Source of the DNA: Methanothrix sp.
Lineage (GTDB): Archaea > Halobacteriota > Methanosarcinia > Methanotrichales > Methanotrichaceae
Length of the DNA stretch: 64,000 nucleotides
NCBI GenBank assembly: GCA_040770465.1
Contig: JAXGJB010000007.1
Span: 20,770 to 84,769, forward strand
Reading direction: 5' to 3'
Under the pieces are notes generated by a model, which saw nothing but the letters and a program-made list of their open reading frames with translations, did not search any database and had not been told where the DNA came from. Made by a program: the position numbers and the translations under genes. Positions 29,568-38,615 of this stretch are shown here, piece by piece (the stretch's first letter is position 1; each line of letters opens with the position of its first letter).

Positions 29568-30047
29568 TCACGGGTTCAGCCTCCAGATCTCAAAGTTCAG
29601 AGCCGCCGCAAAGCTCACCCAGATTATGTAAGGGAGAAGAAGAGCCGCCGCCGTCTCGGAAACCCCCTTGAACTTCTGGATATTCAGGGCTATCAGAGCC
29701 CAGAGGAGGGCGATGACCGCAAGTCCCGCCAGGGGGGACCGGAGGCCGAAGAAGGCCGCCGACCACGTAACGTTGACAGCGAGCTGGAACGCGAATACCA
29801 TCAGGCCGACCTTGACCCTGGGATCGTTCGTCCCCTCTCGCCAGACGAGGTAGGCCGAGATCCCCATCAGGGTGAAGATGGCGGTCCAGACCGGGGCGAA
29901 GACCCAGTCGGGTGGGGCGAAGGATGGCCTGGCCAGCGTGGCGTACCAGGTGGGGACGTTCGGTGTTGTGAACATCGAGCCGATGAAGGCCGCCAGATAG
30001 CAGCAGCCCAGGGATGCTGCCAGCTTGAAAAGGTCGATTCGTCTCAT
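29568..30047 (-). CDS. tspO: TspO/MBR family protein
   Basis: WYATLARPSFAPPDWVFAPVW, LLLPYIIWVSFAAALN; ATG at 30047. Confidence 0.93.
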   Translation of the reverse strand: MRRIDLFKLAASLGCCYLAAFIGSMFTTPNVPTWYATLARPSFAPPDWVFAPVWTAIFTLMGISAYLVWREGTNDPRVKVGLMVFAFQLAVNVTWSAAFFGLRSPLAGLAVIALLWALIALNIQKFKGVSETAAALLLPYIIWVSFAAALNFEIWRLNP

Positions 30048-30087
30048 GTTATCCCATCCATATCCATCAGCTTCGTCGTTGAGACCT

Positions 30088-30152
30088 GCAGATACGATCG
30101 GCAGATACGATCGGCAGATACGATCGGCAGATACGATCGGCAGATACGATCG
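30088..30152. repeat. 13-bp tandem repeat GCAGATACGATCG x5 (perfect)
   Basis: Read directly in the tspO/MFS divergent intergenic region. Confidence 0.95.
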
Positions 30153-30257
30153 TTGATGCTGCGTCGATGCTATTTTTACCATATGTTTAAACTTGGAATA
30201 TATAAAAGAGCTTCGGACCGAAAACCTTGTTGCCTCCTACCAGCCTACAGAGTACCC

Positions 30258-31433
30258 TTGACCGAACCACCCCAGGGCAACGACGGAAAGAGGAACATAT
30301 ACCTCCTCGGCCTTGTGAGCCTCTTAAACGACGCCAGCAGCGAGATCATCCAGCCAATTCTGCCGCTTTTCTTAGCGTCTTTGGGCGCTGGCGGGCTTGC
30401 CGTCGGTCTGATCGGCGGGCTTGCCGACGGCCTTCCAAGCCTCCTCAAGCTTCTATCGGGATATTGGTCGGACAGGCTCAGAAGAAGAAAGCCCCTCGTC
30501 GCTGCTGGATACGCCATCTCTGCCGTCGGAAAGCTCCTTTTGACTATGGCTTTTTCCTGGCAGCACGTCTTCATCCTCAAGACGATTGAGCGGTCGGGGA
30601 AGGGGGTGAGGTCGGCGCCTCGGGATGCCATCATCGCCGAGTCGGCGCCCCGTGAGGGGCGGGGGAGGGGCTTTGGCGTCCATCGGGCCCTCGACTCTCT
30701 GGGCGCCGTCGTCGGGTCGCTTTTGGCCTACCTCCTCTGGCAGGGCGGGATGGACTATAGAACGATCTTTCTCGTGGCTGGGTCCGTCGCCTTCGTAGCC
30801 CTCATCCCCCTCATCCCCGTCAAGGAGGTGAGCAGGTCCCCGGTCGGCCCTCTACGGCCGGCCCTCTCCAACATCCCGCCCGGCCTCGGCCCCTTCGTCG
30901 CCATCGCCTCCCTCTTCGCCCTGGGAAATACAAGCTACATGTTCTTCATCCTGAGGGCCCAGGAGTTCTTCTCCGGGAGTATGGCCGTCGGCGCTCCCCT
31001 CCTCCTCTACGTCCTCTTCAACCTGGTCTACGCCATCTTCTCGATCCCCTGCGGGTCCTGGTCGGACCGGGTCGGAAGAAAGAGGGTTCTCACCATCGGC
31101 TACCTGCTATTCGCCCTCGTCTCCGTCGGCTTTGCTCTCGTAGCTTCAGCTCCGGGGCTGGTCCTGCTGTTCGCATTGTACGGCCTCGTCTTCGCCATAG
31201 TCGACGGCGCCGAGCGGGCCTTCGTCTCGGATCTCTGCCACCAAGATGTCAGGGGGACGGGCCTTGGGGTCTACTACGGCGCCGTCGGAGTCTCGGCCAT
31301 CGCCTCGGGGCTTGTGGCAGGAGCCCTCTGGCAGGGGTTCGGGCACGAGGCGACCTTCCTCTTCGGGGCGGCGGCAGCCTTTTCGGCAACGATCCTCCTC
31401 GCCGAGATGAGAGCCCCAAAAGAGATCTCCTGA
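30258..31433 (+). CDS. MFS transporter
   Basis: SLLNDASSE, GYWSDRLRRRK, GKGVRSAPRDA, WSDRVGRK; TTG start inferred. Confidence 0.9.
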   Translation: MTEPPQGNDGKRNIYLLGLVSLLNDASSEIIQPILPLFLASLGAGGLAVGLIGGLADGLPSLLKLLSGYWSDRLRRRKPLVAAGYAISAVGKLLLTMAFSWQHVFILKTIERSGKGVRSAPRDAIIAESAPREGRGRGFGVHRALDSLGAVVGSLLAYLLWQGGMDYRTIFLVAGSVAFVALIPLIPVKEVSRSPVGPLRPALSNIPPGLGPFVAIASLFALGNTSYMFFILRAQEFFSGSMAVGAPLLLYVLFNLVYAIFSIPCGSWSDRVGRKRVLTIGYLLFALVSVGFALVASAPGLVLLFALYGLVFAIVDGAERAFVSDLCHQDVRGTGLGVYYGAVGVSAIASGLVAGALWQGFGHEATFLFGAAAAFSATILLAEMRAPKEIS

Positions 31434-31515
31434 CCCTCATAAATGATCAGCTTAAAAGCGGATGAAATGATTGCAATGATGGCCTGAACAATAGATCTGG
31501 ACGGAGGAAACCTGA

Positions 31516-33096
31516 TCACTTGCCGAGGATCTTCCGGAGAAAGCCGCCGCCCGTCTCCCTCTTCTCGATCTTCGATCCCGAATCCCCACCCGCCTCCGCA
31601 CCTCTCGGCCGGGGGGTCACGGGTTTTGCTCCTCTCTCGGACCCTGCAGCGGCCTTCGCCTTGCCTCCTCCTACGATCGGCGTGCTCACCCCACCGTGCC
31701 TGCTCTTCCTCGGCCTGATCTTGACGGTGACGGGGTGCTCGATCTCGCTGCTCACCAGCATCGCCGTCCCCGGCGGGAGCCTCTTTATCTCCTCCTCAAG
31801 CTCGGAGCTCATCCCCTCGATCCCCTTGCTCAGGGCCCGGAGGTCGTTGGGGTTTGTGACCCGGAGGATGATCTGGGTGTTGCACTGGGAGATGACGTTT
31901 TTGTCGACCCTCGCCGGCCTCTGGCTGATGACCAGAAGGCCGAGGCCGAACTTTCGCCCTTCGGCAGCGATCGTCCGGATGACGGTGGTGCTTGCGGCCT
32001 TGCCGCTCCCCCTCTCGGGGATGTAGTTATGGGCCTCCTCGACGACGACCATGCCGGGGTTTACAAGCCCCCTCTTCCTCGCTTCGAAGAGATCCGAGAG
32101 GAGCTTGGCGACGATCATCCCCTGGAGGTCGGGGGGAACGCCGGTCATGTCGATGACCGAGGCCTTCCCCCTCTGGAGGAGGGCTCCGAGGTCGGTGGCC
32201 TTTCCCGAGAATATCCCCAGCTCCTCCAGGGCCTCGAGATGGCCGACGAGCCCCCACTTGGCCTTGCTCGTGTCCTTCTCGGCCTGGGAGATGACGTCCT
32301 CGAGCTCGTAATTGCCGCCGTCGGAAGCGAGGATCTTTATCGCCTCGTAGAGGACACCTCTCTGGCTGTTGGTCACGTCCTCGGGGAGCATAGCCGAGAT
32401 CTCCCGGGCGGTCAGGTTCTTGCCGTTGAAGCGGAAGAACCGGTCGGCGGTGGGGGCTGCCATCTGGCTTGCGGGAGAGTAGACCGTCACGTCGTACCCC
32501 CTCGGCTTTACGTCGAACTTGACGAAGTCCCCTTTGGCGTTCTTCTGCTTCATCGAGGCGTACTCGCCATGGGGATCGATTATCAGAAGGGCGACCCCCT
32601 TCTCCAGGAGTTCCTCAAGAACCACCGCCGCGGTGTACGATTTTCCGCTCCCTGTCTTGGCGAGGATGCTGCAGTGCTTCTGGACGAAGGAGTCGGCGTC
32701 AAGCCTCACCTTCAGGTCGTGCCCGTCGAGGAGGCCGATGTAGAGGTTCCCCTTCGAGAGGCCGAGAGCCCTCTCCATCAGATCGGCGTCGGCCCTCAGG
32801 ACCGGATCTCCGGGCTTTGGTGGTATGGTGGGCATGGCGAGCTTTCCGCCTGAGGCGACACCGATCACCCGGGCGAAGCCCACCAACCGCTCTTTGGCCT
32901 CGCGGTTCTCCTCGTCGATGGAGTTTAGGCTGTAGGCGACGTTGGACCTTGTGACCTCCACCACCTGGGCGAAGATCCAGTCTTTTGAGCCGTCTTTGAC
33001 CTTGACGTAGCTGCCCCTGCTCGCCTCGTCAGCCATCAAAAACTTGAACTCCAGGGGGCTTGTCTCCCCCACGATGATCCCGATCTCGTCTCCCAG
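31516..33096 (-). CDS. HerA-like ATPase (DUF87, N-terminal HAS barrel)
   Basis: HCSILAKTGSGKS, IDPHGEY, EEAHNY, EGRKFG, SQRP; start CTG 33096 (after GGTGG) or GTG 33072. Confidence 0.9.
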   Translation of the reverse strand: MGDEIGIIVGETSPLEFKFLMADEASRGSYVKVKDGSKDWIFAQVVEVTRSNVAYSLNSIDEENREAKERLVGFARVIGVASGGKLAMPTIPPKPGDPVLRADADLMERALGLSKGNLYIGLLDGHDLKVRLDADSFVQKHCSILAKTGSGKSYTAAVVLEELLEKGVALLIIDPHGEYASMKQKNAKGDFVKFDVKPRGYDVTVYSPASQMAAPTADRFFRFNGKNLTAREISAMLPEDVTNSQRGVLYEAIKILASDGGNYELEDVISQAEKDTSKAKWGLVGHLEALEELGIFSGKATDLGALLQRGKASVIDMTGVPPDLQGMIVAKLLSDLFEARKRGLVNPGMVVVEEAHNYIPERGSGKAASTTVIRTIAAEGRKFGLGLLVISQRPARVDKNVISQCNTQIILRVTNPNDLRALSKGIEGMSSELEEEIKRLPPGTAMLVSSEIEHPVTVKIRPRKSRHGGVSTPIVGGGKAKAAAGSERGAKPVTPRPRGAEAGGDSGSKIEKRETGGGFLRKILGK

Positions 33097-33207
33097 ATTA
33101 CCACCACATTCTCAAGAGGAAAAGCCTCACAAATCACTACCTCACAACCGCCGCCTCACTAACCGCCGGGCCGATGAAGTTCAGCTTTTCGCCCACCCCA
33201 CAAGAGC

Positions 33208-33927
33208 TTAACGGTACCTGTAGCGATATCGGTCTTTCAGCATCCCGCCGTAGACAAGCCCAGCGAGAAGGCCCGCTATGTGGGCCATGTGACCTATGCC
33301 GTCAGCAGATCCCATCATGGCGAAGTCGATGACCGCAAAGAGGACCACCGCCGTCCTGATGCTCAATGGTATAACGAAGTATATCAATACCGTAATCTCC
33401 GGGGCGATGACGGCGAGGCAGCCCATCACCCCGTAAAGAGCGCCGCTCGCCCCCACCATGTATCCGGTAGGAACCGCCAACATCTGGCCGATGGCTCCGA
33501 CAAGCCCCGAGATTATGAATATCTGAAGAAACCTCGACTCGCCGACCCTCCGCTCCAGCTCCGTCCCGAAGAAGAACAGGACGATCATGTTGACCAGAAG
33601 GTGAGTGATATCTCCGTGAACGAACATGTGGGTGATGAGGGTCCAGGGTCTGGCTGCAACGAAGGCCGGGTTTAAGGCCAGGTAGTTGAAGGTGAAGGCA
33701 GGGGCCAAAACCCTCACGAAGAAGAATAGAACGCATATGACCAGGATCATCCCCGAGTAGGTCAGAGGGAGCCTGAGTCCCCCCGATGGGGAGTATCGGT
33801 CCTCGTCCCAGGGGTCGGGGTCGTTCCAGCGATCGTCACGGCCGCCGCTGCTCTGCCATCCGGCCTGAAGCAAGAGCCTTCTGGCCAGGATCGATCCACC
33901 CTCCCCGAAGATACCCTTCACCCCCAT
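33208..33927 (-). CDS. Rhomboid intramembrane serine protease
   Basis: PWTLITHMFVH, HLLVNM, GASGA, HMAHIAG. Confidence 0.92.
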   Translation of the reverse strand: MGVKGIFGEGGSILARRLLLQAGWQSSGGRDDRWNDPDPWDEDRYSPSGGLRLPLTYSGMILVICVLFFFVRVLAPAFTFNYLALNPAFVAARPWTLITHMFVHGDITHLLVNMIVLFFFGTELERRVGESRFLQIFIISGLVGAIGQMLAVPTGYMVGASGALYGVMGCLAVIAPEITVLIYFVIPLSIRTAVVLFAVIDFAMMGSADGIGHMAHIAGLLAGLVYGGMLKDRYRYRYR

Positions 33928-34086
33928 CTTTCACCACCAGAGCTTCTGCCTTATCAGGCTATCATCTCGAAGAGGAGATACAAATAGATGGTGGCAAGGA
34001 GGTGGCGGAAAGGAGATGGTGGCAGGAAAACGGTGAAAAAGAGACGGTGGAACGCTGGATCGAATGAAAGCAGATGATGGACCGGA

Positions 34087-34572
34087 TCACTCCACCACGT
34101 ACTCTCCGTCCCGGAGGACGATGACGTAGTCGGCGGAGTTTCTCAAAGCCACGGAGAAGCCGGGCTCCGCCCCGAAGATGATAGTCTCCTTGCCGTGCTC
34201 CATCGCCTTCAGCAGGACGGGCTTGAAGTCGGCGTCTCTGGTGATGAGGGCGATGGTGTCGATCACGGGGCTGTAGATCAAATCCATCGCCTCCACCGCC
34301 AGCTTCACGTCGACGTCGCTCGTGCAGATCACCGGCTCAAACCCCTGGTTTTCGACGGCCTCCACCAGCTTCTCCGATGCGTACTGGTTGAGGAAGACAC
34401 GGCCGATCTTTATGTCGCCGTAGTCCTTCAGGATGTCTCTGATCTCCTCCAGGTCGATCTGGAACTCCTTTCGGAGCATGTTGGGCCCGTCCACCAACAG
34501 GCCAATCTTCTTCCTCCCCTTCTCCTTCTTGGAGCCCAGGTACTTCATGATGTGTTCGAAGTGTATCGGCAT
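34087..34572 (-). CDS. NYN-domain protein (TIGR00288-like)
   Basis: LLVDGPNMLRKE, DVDVKLAVEA, TRDADFKP. Confidence 0.9.
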   Translation of the reverse strand: MPIHFEHIMKYLGSKKEKGRKKIGLLVDGPNMLRKEFQIDLEEIRDILKDYGDIKIGRVFLNQYASEKLVEAVENQGFEPVICTSDVDVKLAVEAMDLIYSPVIDTIALITRDADFKPVLLKAMEHGKETIIFGAEPGFSVALRNSADYVIVLRDGEYVVE

Positions 34573-34745
34573 CGGATCACTGGTCCATCTCGCGTGATTA
34601 TTGATTTTCTCATCGATAAGATATATTTTTCCGTCTTAATCCGACCCGAAAGCCGAAAGATGCGAGATGAGTATTCGGCGGATCCGCAAAGCCTCCGGGG
34701 TTCGAAGGATGGAAAATCCAGGTGAGCGGTCATAAAATAGACCGC

Positions 34746-35513
34746 TCAGAGGTTGAATATCTTCTTCGCGTTGGCAGTGGTCGCCTCTGCCACATCCTCA
34801 GGGGGTAGACCCTTGATTTTGGCGATGAGGTTGAGGCTGTCAAGGACGCGGACCGGCTCGTTTCTCCCCCCCCTCGGCGAGAGGAAGGGACTGTCGGTCT
34901 CGATCAAAAGCCTATCCAGGGGGACCTGTCTAGCCAGAACCTGGTGCTGGGCGGACTTGCAGACGACGGTGGCAAGGGATATGTAAAACCCCCGGTCGAC
35001 GGCCTCTTTCATCGTCCCCGCCATCCCGCTGTAGCAGTGAAATACGACCTTGTTCAGGTCTTTGACCATATCGAAGGCCTCGTCCTCGGCGAGCCTCGCG
35101 TGGATCACCTGGGGGAGGTCGAGCTCTTCCGCGAGAAGGACGACCTTTCCGAAGACCGTTCGCTGTCGGTCTCTTCCCTTCTGGTCGGGGCAGCGGTAGT
35201 AGTCGAGCCCCGCCTCGCCGACTCCGACGATCTCCCGAGCGTGAGATCTGATCTGATCGAGGGTGGCGTCCACCTCCTCGTCGGTCATCTCGCCGAGGCC
35301 GTTTGGGTTGAGGCCAAAAGTCATCCGAACGCAATCGTACTTTTTTGCAAGATCGAGGGTTTTTCTGTTGGTCTTGAGGTCGATCCCTGAGTTGATCATG
35401 GTGGTCACCCCGGCATCCAGGGCCCTCTTGATCACCTCGTCTCTATCCTTGTTGAAGTTTTTGAAGTCGAGGTGACAGTGAGTGTCTATCACCTCGAATT
35501 TTGCTCCGCTCAA
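34746..35513 (-). CDS. tatD: TatD family nuclease
   Basis: DTHCHLD, GEAGLDY, IHAR, FHCYSG, ETDSPFL. Confidence 0.93.
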   Translation of the reverse strand: MSGAKFEVIDTHCHLDFKNFNKDRDEVIKRALDAGVTTMINSGIDLKTNRKTLDLAKKYDCVRMTFGLNPNGLGEMTDEEVDATLDQIRSHAREIVGVGEAGLDYYRCPDQKGRDRQRTVFGKVVLLAEELDLPQVIHARLAEDEAFDMVKDLNKVVFHCYSGMAGTMKEAVDRGFYISLATVVCKSAQHQVLARQVPLDRLLIETDSPFLSPRGGRNEPVRVLDSLNLIAKIKGLPPEDVAEATTANAKKIFNL

Positions 35514-37076
35514 ATCGAGTCTTCCTCCAATAACATCAGTCTATTAATGGCGTTGATCAGCGCCTCCACCGAGGCCATCACTATATCCTCGCGGGCGGAC
35601 CGGGCCGTAACCCTCTTTCCGAGGCGGCTGTTCTCGACGCCGATCACCACCTCAGCGAGGGCGTCGGACCCTCCGGTTATCGCCTCGATCCGAAAGTCGC
35701 TGATCTTGACGGCGGTCTCATCCCCCAGGATCCCCCGGACCGCGTTCAAAGCGGCGTCGACGGGGCCGACCCCGGTGTCGGCGAGGACCCGCTCCTCGCC
35801 CCGGACCAGAGCCCTGACGGTGGCCGTCGATGTGAGGGTGTTTCCTGTCATCACCGCCAGCTCCTTCAGGATGACGGCCTGCTTCTCCCTGGCCAGCTCT
35901 CCGATGACAACCTCGGCTATGGTCATGAGGTCGGCGTTGGTCACGCATTTGCCCTTGTCGCCCAGGTCCTTGACCCTCTCCAGGATCTCCTGGAGCTGGT
36001 TCTCGTTTGGTCCGTACCCCATCTCTTCGAGGGACTGCTTGACGGCGTGCCGTCCGGTATGCTTTCCGAGGACGATCCTCCTCCTGTGCCCCACCATCTC
36101 CGGCGTCATGATGCCCGGCTCGAAGGTGTCGGTCCTCTCCAGGACCCCGTGGCTGTGGATCCCGCTCTCGTGGGCGAAGGCGTTATCGCCGACCACCGGC
36201 GCGGTCCGGGATATCCTCACGTCCGAGAGCCGCTCGACGAGCTTTGCGGTCTCGAAGAGGTAGGGAGTCTTGATGGAGGTTTTCGCCCCGTACATGGAGT
36301 GGAGGCACATCACCGTCTCGGCGAGGTTCGCGTTGCCCGCCCTCTCTCCAAGGCCGTTCGCCGAGACCTGGACCTCTCTTGCTCCAGCCTCGAAGGCGGC
36401 GAGGTTGTTGGCGACGGCGAGGCCGAAGTCGTTGTGGCAGTGGACGTCGACGACCATCCTTTTTGTCGAGTCGCAGATCTCCTTTACCAGGTGGTAGAAG
36501 GTGGTGGGGATGGCGACCCCGACGGTGTCGGGGATGTTGATGATGTCGCAGCCAGCCTCCTCCACAGCCCCGAAGATCTCCTTGAGGAAGGGGATGGGAG
36601 TCCGGGTGGCGTCCATCGCCGAGAAGAGGCAGATCCTCCCGTGCTCTTTGACGTACTCCACCGCCTCCACCGACTGGGCGACTATCTCCGCGCGGCTTTT
36701 TTTGATGGTGTGCTGGATCTGGATCTCCGAAGTCGAGACGAAGACGTGGACCATATCGACGCCGGCGTCGAGAGATGCGTCGATGTCCTTTCTTATGATC
36801 CGAGAGAGGCCGCAGACCTGGGCTTCGAGCCCCTCGGCTGCGATCATCCTGACGGCTTCAAAATCGCCCCGAGACGATACGGGAAAACCGGCCTCGATGA
36901 CGTTCACACCGAGCTTGTCGAGCTGCCGAGCGATAACGATCTTCTCCTCCGGGGTCAGGGAGACGCCGGGGGTCTGTTCACCATCGCGGAGGGTGGTGTC
37001 GAAGATCCGAACTTCTTCTCCACGAAGCGCTTCGATGTTATAGAAAACGATCCCACGCAGATTGCTCTTGCGTCAT
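35510..37076 (-). CDS. leuA: 2-isopropylmalate synthase (LeuA/CimA family, LeuA-like); start non-canonical or via +1 frameshift
   Basis: IFDTTLRDGEQTPG near 36970-37010, HCHNDFG, GLGERAGN, AHESGIH, C-terminal regulatory domain; no in-frame ATG/GTG/TTG upstream of the catalytic motif. Confidence 0.85.
37038..37076 (-). promoter_or_regulatory. 12-codon upstream ORF MTQEQSAWDRFL* overlapping the leuA frame
   Basis: ATG ACG CAA GAG CAA TCT GCG TGG GAT CGT TTT CTA TAA. Confidence 0.6.
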
Positions 37077-37100
37077 GATCCTCTGGTTAGCGGCCTCGCC

Positions 37101-37116
37101 CTATAAAACTTTTTGC
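37101..37116 (-). promoter_or_regulatory. BRE/TATA promoter of the leuA-tatD unit
   Basis: Minus strand AAAAAGTTTTATAGG about 25 nt upstream of ATG 37076, consistent with a leaderless mRNA. Confidence 0.65.
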
Positions 37117-37209
37117 ACGAAATGAGCTTCAGCCCGCGACTCGGAGAGTCGGGCGATAGATTCCATGATCGAGACGAAGCGACAGTCACCGTCCTGAAAT
37201 GGAAATGTA

Positions 37210-37296
37210 GCACCGGATACCAGCTCTGATATTTGAGCTGATATGTGAGCTGATGATAGAGCTGATATTCGGTGCTGAATGTTGGAGCTGGTATTC
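37210..37296. repeat. Degenerate ~12-bp tandem repeat (GAGCTGATATNN)
   Basis: GAGCTGATATGT, GAGCTGATGATA, GAGCTGATATTC and flanking variants. Confidence 0.7.
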
Positions 37297-37324
37297 TGTA
37301 GCGATTTTCAGAAGAATCTCCCGT

Positions 37325-38095
37325 CTATTCGGACGGTGCGCCTTCGGCTGGTGGCTCGGCCCCAACTTCTGCCCCACCTTCCGCGGCCTCTTCGGCCTTC
37401 TCGGGAGGCGATACGAGCTGCGAGGTTACGGTGGGGGTGAGCTTGTGGCTCTCTATGTAGCGGACCTCTTTGAGGTCGAGGAGCCTCATCGCCATCTCGG
37501 CGACGCCCCGCCTCATCATCGGCCACTCCCTGTAGTAGCTCATCTCCCAGGGAGAATCGATCTCGGCGACGTCTCCATCCAGGATCTCGGCTTTCAGGTC
37601 GATCTTGGCGAAGATACTGACAAGGTTATTCAGCTTCTCCTGCCTGTCCTCGATCCTCTCGACGATGGTATAATCGTACTTCACCGTCTTGTCGGCAAGG
37701 ACGTGGTTGTAGTCGATCCTCGCCTTCCTCCCGATGATCCGGGTGAGGGTCCCCATCTTGCCGTCTACCGAGACCCTCATGCCGATCTCGGGCCTTTCTT
37801 TCTTGAACTTGGTGAGGGATATGAGCTCGACGTTATTGGGGTCGCGAACTCCGTAGGCCTCCTCGGGGGGGACCTCGACGCTTCCTGATGCGCCGATCTC
37901 CTTATCCAAGAGCTCGCCATTGAACCCTGCCACCACATCGCCGGACCCGACTATGATGAGAGCCGGACCGTACTCGACACCATCCTCGTAGATGTCGTTA
38001 TTCATGGCCAAATCCCGATCCGTGGTGGATATCACCCGTCCGTCGACGCTCTCGGTGTAATCTACCCTGATGAAATCGCCGTCTTTTACCGTCAT
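37325..38095 (-). CDS. FKBP-type peptidyl-prolyl isomerase (long archaeal SlyD-like)
   Basis: GDFIRVDYT, VPPEEAYG, DYNHVLADK. Confidence 0.92.
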   Translation of the reverse strand: MTVKDGDFIRVDYTESVDGRVISTTDRDLAMNNDIYEDGVEYGPALIIVGSGDVVAGFNGELLDKEIGASGSVEVPPEEAYGVRDPNNVELISLTKFKKERPEIGMRVSVDGKMGTLTRIIGRKARIDYNHVLADKTVKYDYTIVERIEDRQEKLNNLVSIFAKIDLKAEILDGDVAEIDSPWEMSYYREWPMMRRGVAEMAMRLLDLKEVRYIESHKLTPTVTSQLVSPPEKAEEAAEGGAEVGAEPPAEGAPSE

Positions 38096-38144
38096 CTTGA
38101 ACTCCGTCCTTGAAAGGATAACTAGCGTTCCAGCCTTTCCCCTT

Positions 38145-38615
38145 CTATATTAAGTAGTCTGCTATCTTCTCGGTGATGGGCTGCTCGCAGTAGGCGCACC
38201 TCAAGGTCACTGGGTTTTTGCTCTTGACGATGAGCTGGGACTTGATCGGCTCGCTCGTGTTGGATATGCAGGATGGGTTTGGGCACCTCAATACGCCCAC
38301 GATCAGGTCGGGCATATCGACGGTGTACTTCTCGACGACCCGGCGGTCTCTTATGATGTTGATCGTCGCCCCGGGGGCGATGAGGGAGATCTTGTTCACC
38401 TCCTCCTCTTCCAGCTCCCGGTCCTCCACCTTGACGATGTCCTTTTTGCCCGACCGTTTGCTGGTCACGTTCATCAGGACGCTTATCGTCGCCTCTGTCG
38501 TCCGATCTATCCCCAGGATCTTGAGGACGTTCAGGGCCTGGCCTGCGGGGATGTGGTCGATGACCGTCCCGTTCCCGATGGGGGTCACCCTCAGCTTCAT
38601 CTCGGTCTCAGTCAA
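38145..38615 (-). CDS. pyrI: Aspartate carbamoyltransferase regulatory chain
   Basis: GTVIDHI, KDIVKVE, CPNPSCISN, CAYCE. Confidence 0.97.
   Translation of the reverse strand: MTETEMKLRVTPIGNGTVIDHIPAGQALNVLKILGIDRTTEATISVLMNVTSKRSGKKDIVKVEDRELEEEEVNKISLIAPGATINIIRDRRVVEKYTVDMPDLIVGVLRCPNPSCISNTSEPIKSQLIVKSKNPVTLRCAYCEQPITEKIADYLI

Noticed and set aside
29568-30182. N-terminal extensions of TspO (and similarly rnz, DUF3160, permease and ATPase ORFs)
   Set aside because: They run through repeats, promoters or neighbouring genes; downstream starts fit the families better.
33120-34045. Degenerate short repeats flanking the rhomboid gene (CCTCAC..., GGTGGC...)
   Set aside because: Low-complexity intergenic sequence without consistent period or structure.
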